Source: Bacillota bacterium
Lineage (GTDB): Bacteria > Bacillota_I > Bacilli_A > RF39 > UBA660
Direction: 5' to 3'
Length of the DNA: 64,000 bases
NCBI GenBank assembly: GCA_015059365.1
Contig: SVAO01000004.1
Coordinates: forward strand, 18,091-82,090
Both the position numbers and the translations under genes were made by a program. Each line of letters begins with the position of its first letter. The stretch's first letter is position 1. Below the pieces are notes generated by a model. It was given only the letters and a program-made list of their open reading frames with translations, did not search any database and was not told the origin of the DNA. Positions 29,938 to 38,792 of this stretch are shown here, piece after piece.

Positions 29938-30017
29938 TTATTTCCCAAAAAACTATTGTATTATTTCCCAAATTATAGTATCATATATTTATAAAAGAAT
30001 AAGGAAGGGGAAATATT

Positions 30018-31235
30018 ATGGAAAATAATAGAAAAGTGGTAGAACTTCCTTTAGATGATGTTTTACCCAATAGATTTCAGCCAAGAATAAAATTTAATGA
30101 AGAATCAATTAATGAACTTTCAGAATCAATAAAAGAACATGGGGTAATTCAGCCAATCGTTGTGCGTCCTGTTGGAGACCGTTATGAGATTATTGCAGGC
30201 GAGAGAAGATATAAAGCAACAACATTGGCAGGCCTTCAAACAATTCCTGCTATAATTACTGATTTAAATGATAAGGATAGTGCCGAAGTTGCTTTGATTG
30301 AAAATGTCCAAAGACAAGACTTAACTCCTATTGAAGAAGCAATTTCTTATAAAAAAATTCTAGACATGGGATATTTAACTCAAGAAAATTTAGCAGAAAA
30401 ACTAGGTAAAAATCAATCAACAGTCGCTAATAAACTTCGTTTGTTAAATTTAGATGAAGAAGTACAAGAGGCTTTATTAAATGAAAAAATTTCAGAAAGA
30501 CATGCAAGATCTTTACTAAAACTTTCCAACTATAATGATCAAGTTAAATTATTAAATAGAATAATTAACGAGAGATTAACTGTTAGAAAAACAGATGAGG
30601 AGATAAATAAAATGTTAAATGAAAAAGAAGAAATCAACAAAAACAATGTGGAAATACTAGATTTAGATGAACCAATTGTAATTCCAGAGGAAGAACAAAT
30701 GCCAGAGATAAATAATAATTATAATATTCCAAATTCTCCTATTATTGAGGAATCATCAATTGTAAAACCACAAAATTCAGAGTTTCAACTTCCTAAATTT
30801 GGCGAATTATTAAGTTCAACTGAAGATGATAGTACCCAAGGAGAAGAGTTAACGCCTAATAAGTTTTTTAATCTATTAGATGAATTTTCATCTGAAGAAA
30901 CAGAGATTAAAAATGATGAACCAAGCGAATCTATTAATTCAGACTTTAGTAGTATGTTTAATAATTTAACATTTCCTGATGATGAAATTACATCTTCACC
31001 AAATTTTGGAATTCCTAATTTGATAGAAAATCCATCAAATAATGAAACAAAGTTTGAAAATAAGGATTTGGAGTCTATGGGCAATAATACATTTATGACA
31101 AGAGATATAAAAACAGTTATTAATACAATTAGAACTTGCACAGAAACAATTGAAAAATATGGATTTGAAGTAGATACAGAAGAATTTGATTTAGAAGACA
31201 TGTATCAAGTTGTAATTAAAGTTAACAAGAAGTAG
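30018..31235 (+). CDS. noc: ParB-family protein, Noc (nucleoid occlusion) type, with a long acidic insertion
   Basis: 405 aa with the GERRY CTPase motif. Noc-like features as I recall B. subtilis Noc: PNRFQPR box, HTH ...KNQSTVANKLRLL (Q and K at specificity positions), ISERHAR, and a C-terminal RD..NTIR...TEEFD..Y..IK. It directly follows rsmG as noc does. Confidence 0.8.
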   Translation: MENNRKVVELPLDDVLPNRFQPRIKFNEESINELSESIKEHGVIQPIVVRPVGDRYEIIAGERRYKATTLAGLQTIPAIITDLNDKDSAEVALIENVQRQDLTPIEEAISYKKILDMGYLTQENLAEKLGKNQSTVANKLRLLNLDEEVQEALLNEKISERHARSLLKLSNYNDQVKLLNRIINERLTVRKTDEEINKMLNEKEEINKNNVEILDLDEPIVIPEEEQMPEINNNYNIPNSPIIEESSIVKPQNSEFQLPKFGELLSSTEDDSTQGEELTPNKFFNLLDEFSSEETEIKNDEPSESINSDFSSMFNNLTFPDDEITSSPNFGIPNLIENPSNNETKFENKDLESMGNNTFMTRDIKTVINTIRTCTETIEKYGFEVDTEEFDLEDMYQVVIKVNKK

Positions 31236-31254
31236 AGATACTTCTTGTTTTTTA
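31224..31254 (+). terminator. intrinsic terminator after noc
   Basis: AACAAGAAG-tagagata-CTTCTTGTT followed by TTTT. Confidence 0.7.
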
Positions 31255-31429
31255 ATACCTATTAAAATAATAATTTTAAGTTTTTAAGTATTATCAGCTT
31301 TTTCAACGAAAAACAGACCTTGTCATAATTTGCTTTTTTTTTTTAGATATGCTAAGATTTGATTGGTCATGTAGTTGTATAACAAGTTTAGTGTTAGCAA
31401 ATTTATGATCAGAATTTGGAGATGAAGAT

Positions 31430-32440
31430 GTGGAAAAGATAAGTGTCGTAGTTCCTGTCTATAATGTAGAAGAATTTTTAGAAAGTTGTATAAAAAGTAT
31501 ATTAGCTCAAACATATAAAAATTTAGAAATTTTGCTATTGGATGATGGCTCAACAGATTCATCCGGTAAAGTATGTGATGAGTATGCTAAAAAGGATAAT
31601 AGAATAAAAGTAATTCATAAGAAGAATGAAGGAATTTCAGCAACTAGAAATTTAGGAATTAAGATTAGTACTGGTGAATATTTAGTTTTTATTGATAGTG
31701 ATGATTATATAACAAAGGATTTTTGTGAAATATTGTATAATAATTTGAAAAACACCAATTCAGACATTTCAATAGTTTCATATTGTGTTGTTGATGAAAA
31801 CAAAAAAGTTATTTATGATGCTGCTAAAAAAACAGGTTTACAAGATGATCAAATAGTTATCTATAAAAGTTCTGCGATAATCAAAGAACTATTAAAACAA
31901 AAAACTATTAAAAATTTTGTTTGGAACAAATTGTTTAGAAAATCAGTTATCTGTAAATTTGATGTTGGTAAGATATATGAGGATATATCATTTAGTATAG
32001 ATGTTTTTAGTAAAGCAAGTAAAGTTGTATATCAAAATACAAACTGTTACAACTATGCGAAAAGAAATTCAAGTATTACCGCAACAATTACAGAAAATAA
32101 TTTAAAACAATTTTCAAACGCTATAGGTCAAAGATATAAAAAAATAAATGAGTATTATCCTAAGTTATCAAAATATAACATATACGCATTATTAGAGTCT
32201 ACTCTGGCGTTAAGTACTAAAAACGCAATGTTAAACAGGAAATATAAAAAGATAGAAAGAGATTGTATTAAATTTATTAATATTATATTAAATTATGTTA
32301 AAATCAATGGAAATAATGTTCTGCACTTATTAGATGATTATCAAAAATTATGTATTTATCTAATGAAATATAACATAGATTTATATTTTTCATTTCTGAA
32401 AGAACAACAAACATTAAAATTATTAGGACAATTAAACTAA
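31430..32440 (+). CDS. family 2 glycosyltransferase
   Basis: 336 aa with VVVPVYNVEEFL...LLLDDGSTD...DSDD (GT-A fold, DxD). GTG start with a GGAG RBS. Confidence 0.88.
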   Translation: MEKISVVVPVYNVEEFLESCIKSILAQTYKNLEILLLDDGSTDSSGKVCDEYAKKDNRIKVIHKKNEGISATRNLGIKISTGEYLVFIDSDDYITKDFCEILYNNLKNTNSDISIVSYCVVDENKKVIYDAAKKTGLQDDQIVIYKSSAIIKELLKQKTIKNFVWNKLFRKSVICKFDVGKIYEDISFSIDVFSKASKVVYQNTNCYNYAKRNSSITATITENNLKQFSNAIGQRYKKINEYYPKLSKYNIYALLESTLALSTKNAMLNRKYKKIERDCIKFINIILNYVKINGNNVLHLLDDYQKLCIYLMKYNIDLYFSFLKEQQTLKLLGQLN

Positions 32441-32459
32441 TCAAAAATGGAGGTAAAAC

Positions 32460-33515
32460 ATGAAACCTAAGATATGTATTGTTGCTGATGTTCCTAATTG
32501 GGCTTTTGATAGTATTGCTCAAAAATTAAAAAAGGAATTAAGCTATAAATATGATATTAGGATAGTCTATTTTAATAGAAGAACAGAAGCGGATAATTTA
32601 TATGAATTAATTGAAAACAATAGAGATTGCGATTTACTACATTTTTTAAATAGGAGAATGTTATTATTAATGGGGACTCCAGTATTTAAAGAAAAAGTTG
32701 AGAAAAAAGGTGAAAGTTTAGATAATTATATTTCTAAAATAAGTTGTAAATTAACAACTGCCATTTATGACTATATGGATATAGACCCAGAAGGAATAAA
32801 AGAACATGCTCTGATATTTAATAAATACACAAAAATGTATTATACTGCGACAAAAAAGTTATTTAAAATTTATAACTCTATAAAAGAATATAAAAAGCCA
32901 AGTGCTATGATTCATGATATATGTGATGAAACAATGTATATCCCTATGAATTTAGATAGATTTAATGAAGAAAATATTAGTAATAGACCACTTGTTATTG
33001 GATGGGTTGGAAATAGTGTGCATAATGATGAAAAAGGAATAGATTTAAAAGGTTTTAGAACTATTTTAAAGCCGATTGTTGAAGAATTAATTAAAGACGG
33101 ATATGAGTTTAAAGAATATTATGCAGATCGTAATACAAATTGGAAGTTGGCTAGTGAAATGCCTCAATATTATAGTGAAATAGATGTTTGTATTTGTGTT
33201 TCTGCTCATGAAGGAACTCCAAGACCTGTTCTTGAATCAATGTATGCAGGAGTGCCAATTATATCTACTGATGTTGGGATTGTTCCGGAAGCCTTTGGCA
33301 AAAAGGAAAAATATTTTAATATAGGAGATAGAAATAATGGACAGAATGATCAACAAATTAAGAAAAAATTAAAAGAAAGACTTATTTATCTGTATAATAA
33401 TCGAAATTTGTTCAAAGAACTTTCTGAAGAAAACATTAAAAGTGTACAAAAATTTGATGGTGGAAAAACAATAAAAGCATTTGAGAAATTTTTTAATAAG
33501 AGTTTAAAAAAATAA
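32460..33515 (+). CDS. group 1 (GT-B, GT4-like) glycosyltransferase
   Basis: 351 aa with a C-terminal EGTPRPVLESMYAGVPIISTDVG motif (the E-x7-E region of GT4). Confidence 0.8.
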   Translation: MKPKICIVADVPNWAFDSIAQKLKKELSYKYDIRIVYFNRRTEADNLYELIENNRDCDLLHFLNRRMLLLMGTPVFKEKVEKKGESLDNYISKISCKLTTAIYDYMDIDPEGIKEHALIFNKYTKMYYTATKKLFKIYNSIKEYKKPSAMIHDICDETMYIPMNLDRFNEENISNRPLVIGWVGNSVHNDEKGIDLKGFRTILKPIVEELIKDGYEFKEYYADRNTNWKLASEMPQYYSEIDVCICVSAHEGTPRPVLESMYAGVPIISTDVGIVPEAFGKKEKYFNIGDRNNGQNDQQIKKKLKERLIYLYNNRNLFKELSEENIKSVQKFDGGKTIKAFEKFFNKSLKK

Positions 33516-33528
33516 ATATGGTGAGAAG

Positions 33529-34326
33529 ATGAAAAATAATATTAAATTTACATTCATAGTTCCTAATTATAATAAGGGAATTTATATAGAAGAATGTTTA
33601 GCAAGTATTTATAATCAAACATACAATAATTATGAGGTAATAGTTATTGATGATGGAAGTACTGATAACAGTGTAGAAGAAATAAATAAATTTTCTATAG
33701 ATAAATTTTTAGTTACGAATAGACGACAAGCCGGGGGAGCTAGAAATGAAGGACTCAAATACGCAACGGGAGATTATATCATATTTCTCGACAGTGATGA
33801 TTATTTAACAAATAATAAAGTATTGGAAAAATTATCAAATTTAATAAATGACGAGGATATTATTTTCTTAAATTTTACAAAAGATAATTTTGGGAAAATA
33901 CAAGAAATGATAGAAAACGAGGAGCCGATAAGTGTTAAAATTGAAAAAACAAATCTTTTAGGCTGTCCTACTAAATGTTTTAAAAGAGAATTAATTAAAG
34001 AACTTGTTTTTCCGGAAAATAAACGCTATGAAGATATAATTTTTACATTAGAAGCATTGTGTAAAACTCAAAATTATACGTATTTTAAAGAGTCTTTTTT
34101 TACTTATCGAAAGGTACCTAATAGCAATGCAACTTCTCCGCTTCTTGAAACAGCACAATTAGACATTTTAGAAGAAATAATAAAAATATATAGATTGTGT
34201 GTAAAATACCCAAAATATAAAAATAATCTTATGAATAGAATTAAAGGAGATAAAATACCTTTAAGACTAGATATTCTAAATACGCTGATTGAAACAGGGG
34301 AGAATAAATATAAAGATTATTTTTAA
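33529..34326 (+). CDS. family 2 glycosyltransferase
   Basis: 265 aa with IVPNYNKGIYIEECL...VIDDGSTD...DSDD. Confidence 0.85.
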   Translation: MKNNIKFTFIVPNYNKGIYIEECLASIYNQTYNNYEVIVIDDGSTDNSVEEINKFSIDKFLVTNRRQAGGARNEGLKYATGDYIIFLDSDDYLTNNKVLEKLSNLINDEDIIFLNFTKDNFGKIQEMIENEEPISVKIEKTNLLGCPTKCFKRELIKELVFPENKRYEDIIFTLEALCKTQNYTYFKESFFTYRKVPNSNATSPLLETAQLDILEEIIKIYRLCVKYPKYKNNLMNRIKGDKIPLRLDILNTLIETGENKYKDYF

Positions 34327-34343
34327 TAGAGTTAATATTTAAG

Positions 34344-34368
34344 ATAAGGAATTTTCCTTATTTTTTTT
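34344..34368 (+). terminator. intrinsic terminator after the glycosyltransferase cluster
   Basis: ATAAGGA-attt-TCCTTAT followed by T8. Confidence 0.65.
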
Positions 34369-34445
34369 AATTTAAGTAAATTAGGGTATTTAATTGTCTT
34401 TTTATAATGTATATGTTAAACTTAAGGTAATAAATAGGAGGGTAT

Positions 34446-35126
34446 ATGGATAACGAAAAAAATAAATATGGATATTCATTAGAAGAACAAATGGCATGGC
34501 AATCATCACAAAATAAAGATTTAGAAAGAAGGGGGATTTTTGATTCTGGTGCTGGAGTGAATGAACCAGAGGAATGGTTGTCTCAAAAGTCGGGACCTGC
34601 AAATGAAGAAAATGCTATAGATTTAGCTATATTACATGATTGGTCAGAAAAAAAAGCAGTAGAACGAGAAAATTTATATAGTGAGGTTAGAAAGTTTGAA
34701 TCAGAACAAGCAAAGGCAAAAAAAGAATTAGATGCATTTAATAAAATGACTTCATATGAAAAATTATATGATGCACTTTATCACTATGCACGTTATTTGA
34801 GTAAAAATAAAAATAATATCAAAGATGTTGAAGTGTCAAAAAAAATAGTGTCAGCAATGGTATCTGCAAAAAATGGAAACTTTGATGAAATGGAAAATCT
34901 TTTTGCTTTTTTACAGCAATATAGTAATTCAGAACCGTATTTAGCAGATGCTTTACCAGAATGGCAAAATTATTTTCATCAATGGCAACAAGAAGTTGAA
35001 AATATAAAAAAGAAAAAGTTTGAAGAAACTAAAACAGAATATAAAAAGAGTAACTTTTTAAGTCGTTTAATTTCTAAATTAAAAGGTGAAAAGTTAGAAA
35101 TTCTTGAAGAAGGAAAGAAAAAGTAG
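34446..35126 (+). CDS. hypothetical protein (226 aa, predicted helical, Trp/Gln-rich, basic tail)
   Basis: AGGAGGG RBS. No TM segment or signal peptide, and no motif I recognise. Confidence 0.6.
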   Translation: MDNEKNKYGYSLEEQMAWQSSQNKDLERRGIFDSGAGVNEPEEWLSQKSGPANEENAIDLAILHDWSEKKAVERENLYSEVRKFESEQAKAKKELDAFNKMTSYEKLYDALYHYARYLSKNKNNIKDVEVSKKIVSAMVSAKNGNFDEMENLFAFLQQYSNSEPYLADALPEWQNYFHQWQQEVENIKKKKFEETKTEYKKSNFLSRLISKLKGEKLEILEEGKKK

Positions 35127-35127
35127 T

Positions 35128-35415
35128 ATGGATAGTAATGAATTACAGTCTAAATTTACGGAATATATAGATCAATTAAAAAACCAAAGTGTTAATATAA
35201 AAAGAAATGAGATAATAAATTCTTTAAAGGAACTAATATCTATTTTAGAAGTTGTGTATGCCAAAGAAGGAATTAAAATTGAATATTTAAAAAGTGATGA
35301 GATAAGGGATTTAGAAAATAATGATGCGTCTGAAGATGATTTCCTTGAATCATGTATTGTATATGTAGAAAATGTAAAAAACATTGTATCTAAATATTTA
35401 ATGCATAAGTTATAA
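35128..35415 (+). CDS. hypothetical acidic protein (95 aa)
   Basis: ATG lies 1 nt after the upstream stop codon, suggesting translational coupling. The ORF track offers an alternative TTG start at 35104. No recognisable motif. Confidence 0.5.
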   Translation: MDSNELQSKFTEYIDQLKNQSVNIKRNEIINSLKELISILEVVYAKEGIKIEYLKSDEIRDLENNDASEDDFLESCIVYVENVKNIVSKYLMHKL

Positions 35416-35430
35416 TAGAAAAATAGAATA

Positions 35431-35465
35431 AAAACAAATGCTAAGATTTAAGTATTTGTTTTTTT
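35431..35465 (+). terminator. intrinsic terminator after the two-gene hypothetical operon
   Basis: AAAACAAAT-N14-ATTTGTTTT followed by a T-run. Confidence 0.6.
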
Positions 35466-35468
35466 AGT

Positions 35469-35480
35469 GAACTATTGTTA
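35469..35480. promoter_or_regulatory. candidate LexA (Cheo) box upstream of uvrB
   Basis: GAACTATTGTTA versus the GAAC-N4-GTTC consensus (one mismatch). It lies just upstream of a TTGTAA-N17-TAAAAT promoter-like element. Confidence 0.35.
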
Positions 35481-35564
35481 GCTGTTTATTGTAATAAATG
35501 TTTATAACTGGTAAAATACTATATAAAGAAATCTTTGTATGATATTTTACATGAAGGAGGCAAT

Positions 35565-37523
35565 ATGTTTAAAATACATTCTAAATACAAATCAAGTGGG
35601 GATCAACCGCAAGCAATAGAAAAATTAGTTAATGGAATTAGTGAAGGAAAAAAGCATCAAGTTTTACTTGGTGCAACTGGTACAGGAAAGACATTTACAA
35701 TTGCCAATGTAATAAAAGAAGTTAATAAACCAACTTTAGTTTTAGCGCATAATAAGACTCTTGCTGGTCAACTATATGCTGAATTTAAAGAATTGTTTCC
35801 AGAAAACCATGTTGAATATTTTGTTAGTTATTATGATTATTATCAACCAGAAGCATATGTAGCAAAAACAGATACTTATATCGAGAAAGATGCTTCTATA
35901 AATGATGAAATTGATGAATTACGTCATGCGGCTACTGCGGCTTTACTTAACAATAAGGATGTTATTGTAGTTGCCTCTGTGTCATGTATATATGGAATTG
36001 GAGAAATTGAAGAATATAGAAACAAAACACTTACATTTTCAGTTGGTGATAATGTAAATAGGGACTATATCCTTGAAAAATTAGTTGAAATGTTATATGA
36101 AAGAAATAATTTGGATTTAAAAAGAGGAAGTTTTAGGGTAAGAGGAGACATATTGGAAATTGTGCCTATAGGGCAACACGGAAAAGCCATCAGAATTGAT
36201 TTTTTTGGTGATGAAATAGAAAAAATAAGCGAATTTGATACGTTGACTGGAGCCGTAATAAATAATAAGAAAACATATACTTTATTTCCTGCTAGTCATT
36301 TTGTTACAAGTGATGATAAACTTACATTAGCGATTTCAAATATAAGAGAAGAATTAGATGTAAGATTAAAATATTTTTTAGATAACAATAAATTGCTGGA
36401 ACACCAACGTTTAAAAGAAAGAACCAATTATGATTTAGAAATGTTAAGTGAGACAGGTTTTTGCAGGGGAGTGGAAAATTATTCACGACACATTGCTTTA
36501 AAAGAAGAAGGTGCAACACCAACAACATTAATTGATTTTTTTGGTGATGACTTTTTATTAATAATTGATGAATCTCATGTAACAGTTCCTCAAATTAGAG
36601 GAATGTACAATGGCGATAGAGCAAGAAAAAATGTTCTGGTTGATTATGGTTTTAGATTACCTAGTGCATTAGATAATAGACCTTTAATGTTTGATGAATT
36701 TGAAAAAAAGTTAGCTCAAGTAATTTATGTTTCTGCAACGCCTGGTGAATATGAATTAGCAAAAACAAATAATTCTGTTGTAGAACAAATCATTAGGCCT
36801 ACAGGTTTACTAGACCCTAAGATAGAAATTAAATCAACAAAGGGTCAGATTGATGACTTAGTGGAACAAATACACAAAGAGAAAGATAATGGATTTAGGA
36901 CTCTAATTACTACATTAACGATTAGAATGGCAGAAGAACTGACTGACTATTTAAAACAATTAGATATCAAGGTTGCATATTTACATAGTGAAATCAAAAC
37001 GCTAGAACGATTGAAAATAATTAGAGATTTACGTTTAGGTAAATATGATGTTTTAGTAGGAATTAACCTTCTTAGAGAAGGCCTTGATATTCCTGAGGTT
37101 AGTTTAGTTGCTATAATGGATGCTGATAAGCAAGGATTTTTGCGTAGTGAAAAAAGTTTAATTCAGACAATAGGTCGTGCGGCAAGGAATTCAAATGGGC
37201 GTGTTATTATGTATGCAGATCAGATTAGTGATTCTATGAAGTATGCTATTTCTGAAACAGAAAGAAGAAGATCAATTCAAGAAAGTTATAATAAAATTCA
37301 TAATATTGTACCTAAAACAATTATAAAAGATATCCATGAAACTATTTCTAATTCAACTGAAATAGAAAATAAAACTTCTGAAAAAATGAATAAGCAAGAA
37401 TTAAATACTTTAATTATGAATATAGAATTAGAAATGAAACAAGCCGCTGCAAATCTTGATTTTGAAAGAGCCATGGAATTAAGGGATGCATTATTTGAAT
37501 TAAAAAGTGATAAAAATTTATAA
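35565..37523 (+). CDS. uvrB: excinuclease ABC subunit B
   Basis: Start refined to ATG 35565 (GAAGGAGG RBS). Walker [11 protein letters not shown], helicase motifs and a C-terminal UVR domain. Confidence 0.97.
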   Translation: MFKIHSKYKSSGDQPQAIEKLVNGISEGKKHQVLLGATGTGKTFTIANVIKEVNKPTLVLAHNKTLAGQLYAEFKELFPENHVEYFVSYYDYYQPEAYVAKTDTYIEKDASINDEIDELRHAATAALLNNKDVIVVASVSCIYGIGEIEEYRNKTLTFSVGDNVNRDYILEKLVEMLYERNNLDLKRGSFRVRGDILEIVPIGQHGKAIRIDFFGDEIEKISEFDTLTGAVINNKKTYTLFPASHFVTSDDKLTLAISNIREELDVRLKYFLDNNKLLEHQRLKERTNYDLEMLSETGFCRGVENYSRHIALKEEGATPTTLIDFFGDDFLLIIDESHVTVPQIRGMYNGDRARKNVLVDYGFRLPSALDNRPLMFDEFEKKLAQVIYVSATPGEYELAKTNNSVVEQIIRPTGLLDPKIEIKSTKGQIDDLVEQIHKEKDNGFRTLITTLTIRMAEELTDYLKQLDIKVAYLHSEIKTLERLKIIRDLRLGKYDVLVGINLLREGLDIPEVSLVAIMDADKQGFLRSEKSLIQTIGRAARNSNGRVIMYADQISDSMKYAISETERRRSIQESYNKIHNIVPKTIIKDIHETISNSTEIENKTSEKMNKQELNTLIMNIELEMKQAAANLDFERAMELRDALFELKSDKNL

Positions 37524-37553
37524 TGTGATATAATATTTATAGGTGATGACAGA

Positions 37554-37973
37554 ATGAAAATAATAATTAATAATAAAAATAGGAATCCTTATTTAGATTA
37601 TTTTATAGATTGGTTAATCCATATGATTGGTTATTCCTTAGTGTTGATAACTGTTTCGGTATTGTTTCAAAAGACTATTCGAATTGATAATTCAATGTTT
37701 GGGTTTTGGGCATTTTTAGCTTCAATTATAATTTACATATTAAATAAAACTATAAAACCAATATTAGTATGGTTAACACTTCCAATAACAGGACTTACAT
37801 TAGGGTTGTTTTATCCGTTCATTAATGTTTTTATATTACACATAGTTTCATGGATATTAGGCCCACATTTTTTGATAAGTGGCTTATTTATGAGTTTTAT
37901 AGTAGCAATATTTATATCATTAATGAATTTGTTTATGGATTCAATCATAGATAGTATTTTAAGAAAGGGGTAA
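37554..37973 (+). CDS. DUF360 / holin-4-like membrane protein (YvlD family)
   Basis: 139 aa with 4 TM segments. The position after uvrB matches the B. subtilis yvl region. Confidence 0.6.
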   Translation: MKIIINNKNRNPYLDYFIDWLIHMIGYSLVLITVSVLFQKTIRIDNSMFGFWAFLASIIIYILNKTIKPILVWLTLPITGLTLGLFYPFINVFILHIVSWILGPHFLISGLFMSFIVAIFISLMNLFMDSIIDSILRKG

Positions 37974-37976
37974 TTT

Positions 37977-38792
37977 ATGAATCCTGTATTTTTAGATTTA
38001 GGTTTTATTCAAATATATTGGTATTCAATAATGATTTTAGCTGGGCTTTTAATAGGCGGATGGTTGATTTTAAAAGAAGCAAAAAGATTTGGAATACCTG
38101 AAGATTTTATTACAAATTTATTTTTCTATGCTGTACCAATTTCAATAATAGGAGCAAGACTATATTATGTTATATTTAATTGGTCATATTATTCTAACCA
38201 TATTGTAGATATATTTAAAATATGGGAAGGTGGATTAGCCATTCATGGTGGAATGTTATTTGGTCTAATCTGGGTTATTATATATACTAAAAAATATAAA
38301 GTTAACACCTTACGTATGTTGGATATGATAGTTGTTGGTTTATTGGTAGGACAGGCAATAGGTAGGTGGGGTAATTTCTTTAACGGCGAAGCTCATGGAC
38401 CTGTAACAACTTTAGAGTTTTTACGTAATCTTTATTTGCCTGATTTTATAATTGAAGGAATGCACATTAATGGTATTTATTATCAACCAACTTTTTTATA
38501 TGAATCTTTATGGTGTTTAATTGGTTTTATTGCAATTTTATTTATCAGAAGAGCAAAATACATTAAAATTGGTCAAATAACTGGCGTATATTTAATATGG
38601 TATGGAATAGGAAGGTTTTTAATTGAAAGTTTAAGAACTGATAGTTTAATGTTATTTGGCTTAAAGCAGGCACAACTTGTATCGGTTATAATGATTGTTA
38701 TTGGAGTAATAATTTTAATAGTTAGAAATAAAGGCTCTAAATTTGAAAATCAATACAATAATAAAGGTGATATGCATGAAATTAGATTTTGA
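37977..38792 (+). CDS. lgt: prolipoprotein diacylglyceryl transferase
   Basis: 271 aa with the GRWGNFFNGEAHG signature. Confidence 0.95.
   Translation: MNPVFLDLGFIQIYWYSIMILAGLLIGGWLILKEAKRFGIPEDFITNLFFYAVPISIIGARLYYVIFNWSYYSNHIVDIFKIWEGGLAIHGGMLFGLIWVIIYTKKYKVNTLRMLDMIVVGLLVGQAIGRWGNFFNGEAHGPVTTLEFLRNLYLPDFIIEGMHINGIYYQPTFLYESLWCLIGFIAILFIRRAKYIKIGQITGVYLIWYGIGRFLIESLRTDSLMLFGLKQAQLVSVIMIVIGVIILIVRNKGSKFENQYNNKGDMHEIRF

Noticed and set aside
30785-31201. 138-aa antisense ORF opposite the noc insertion. Similar long shadow ORFs occur at 22609-23013, 29592-29948, 50154-50582, 54052-54387, 58192-58554 and 61801-62265.
   Set aside because: All lie entirely antisense to well-supported conserved genes, lack RBSs, and have Ser/Ile/Leu/Phe-rich low-complexity translations. 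This is typical of stop-poor frames opposite AT-rich coding DNA.
31323-31562. 79-aa minus-strand ORF across the GT-island promoter region, and a 61-aa ORF at 51733-51918
   Set aside because: Both overlap the 5' ends of well-supported plus-strand genes, have no RBS, and translate to low-complexity Leu/Ile/Tyr/Asn-rich sequence.
34009-34020. 12-bp palindrome TTTTCCGGAAAA in the third GT gene, and GTTTTCCGGGAATC at 29463-29476, as degenerate NBS sites
   Set aside because: Both lack the CCCGGG core spacing of the NBS (one C/G pair short). They are explained by coding constraints (FPEN and GFPGI), so I do not count them as Noc sites.
37554-37973. Holin-family (DUF360/holin-4-like) gene as a sign of a prophage
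   Set aside because: There are no lysin, capsid, integrase or att-like features nearby. The gene sits in the conserved uvrB-yvlD-lgt neighbourhood, consistent with the chromosomal YvlD family.
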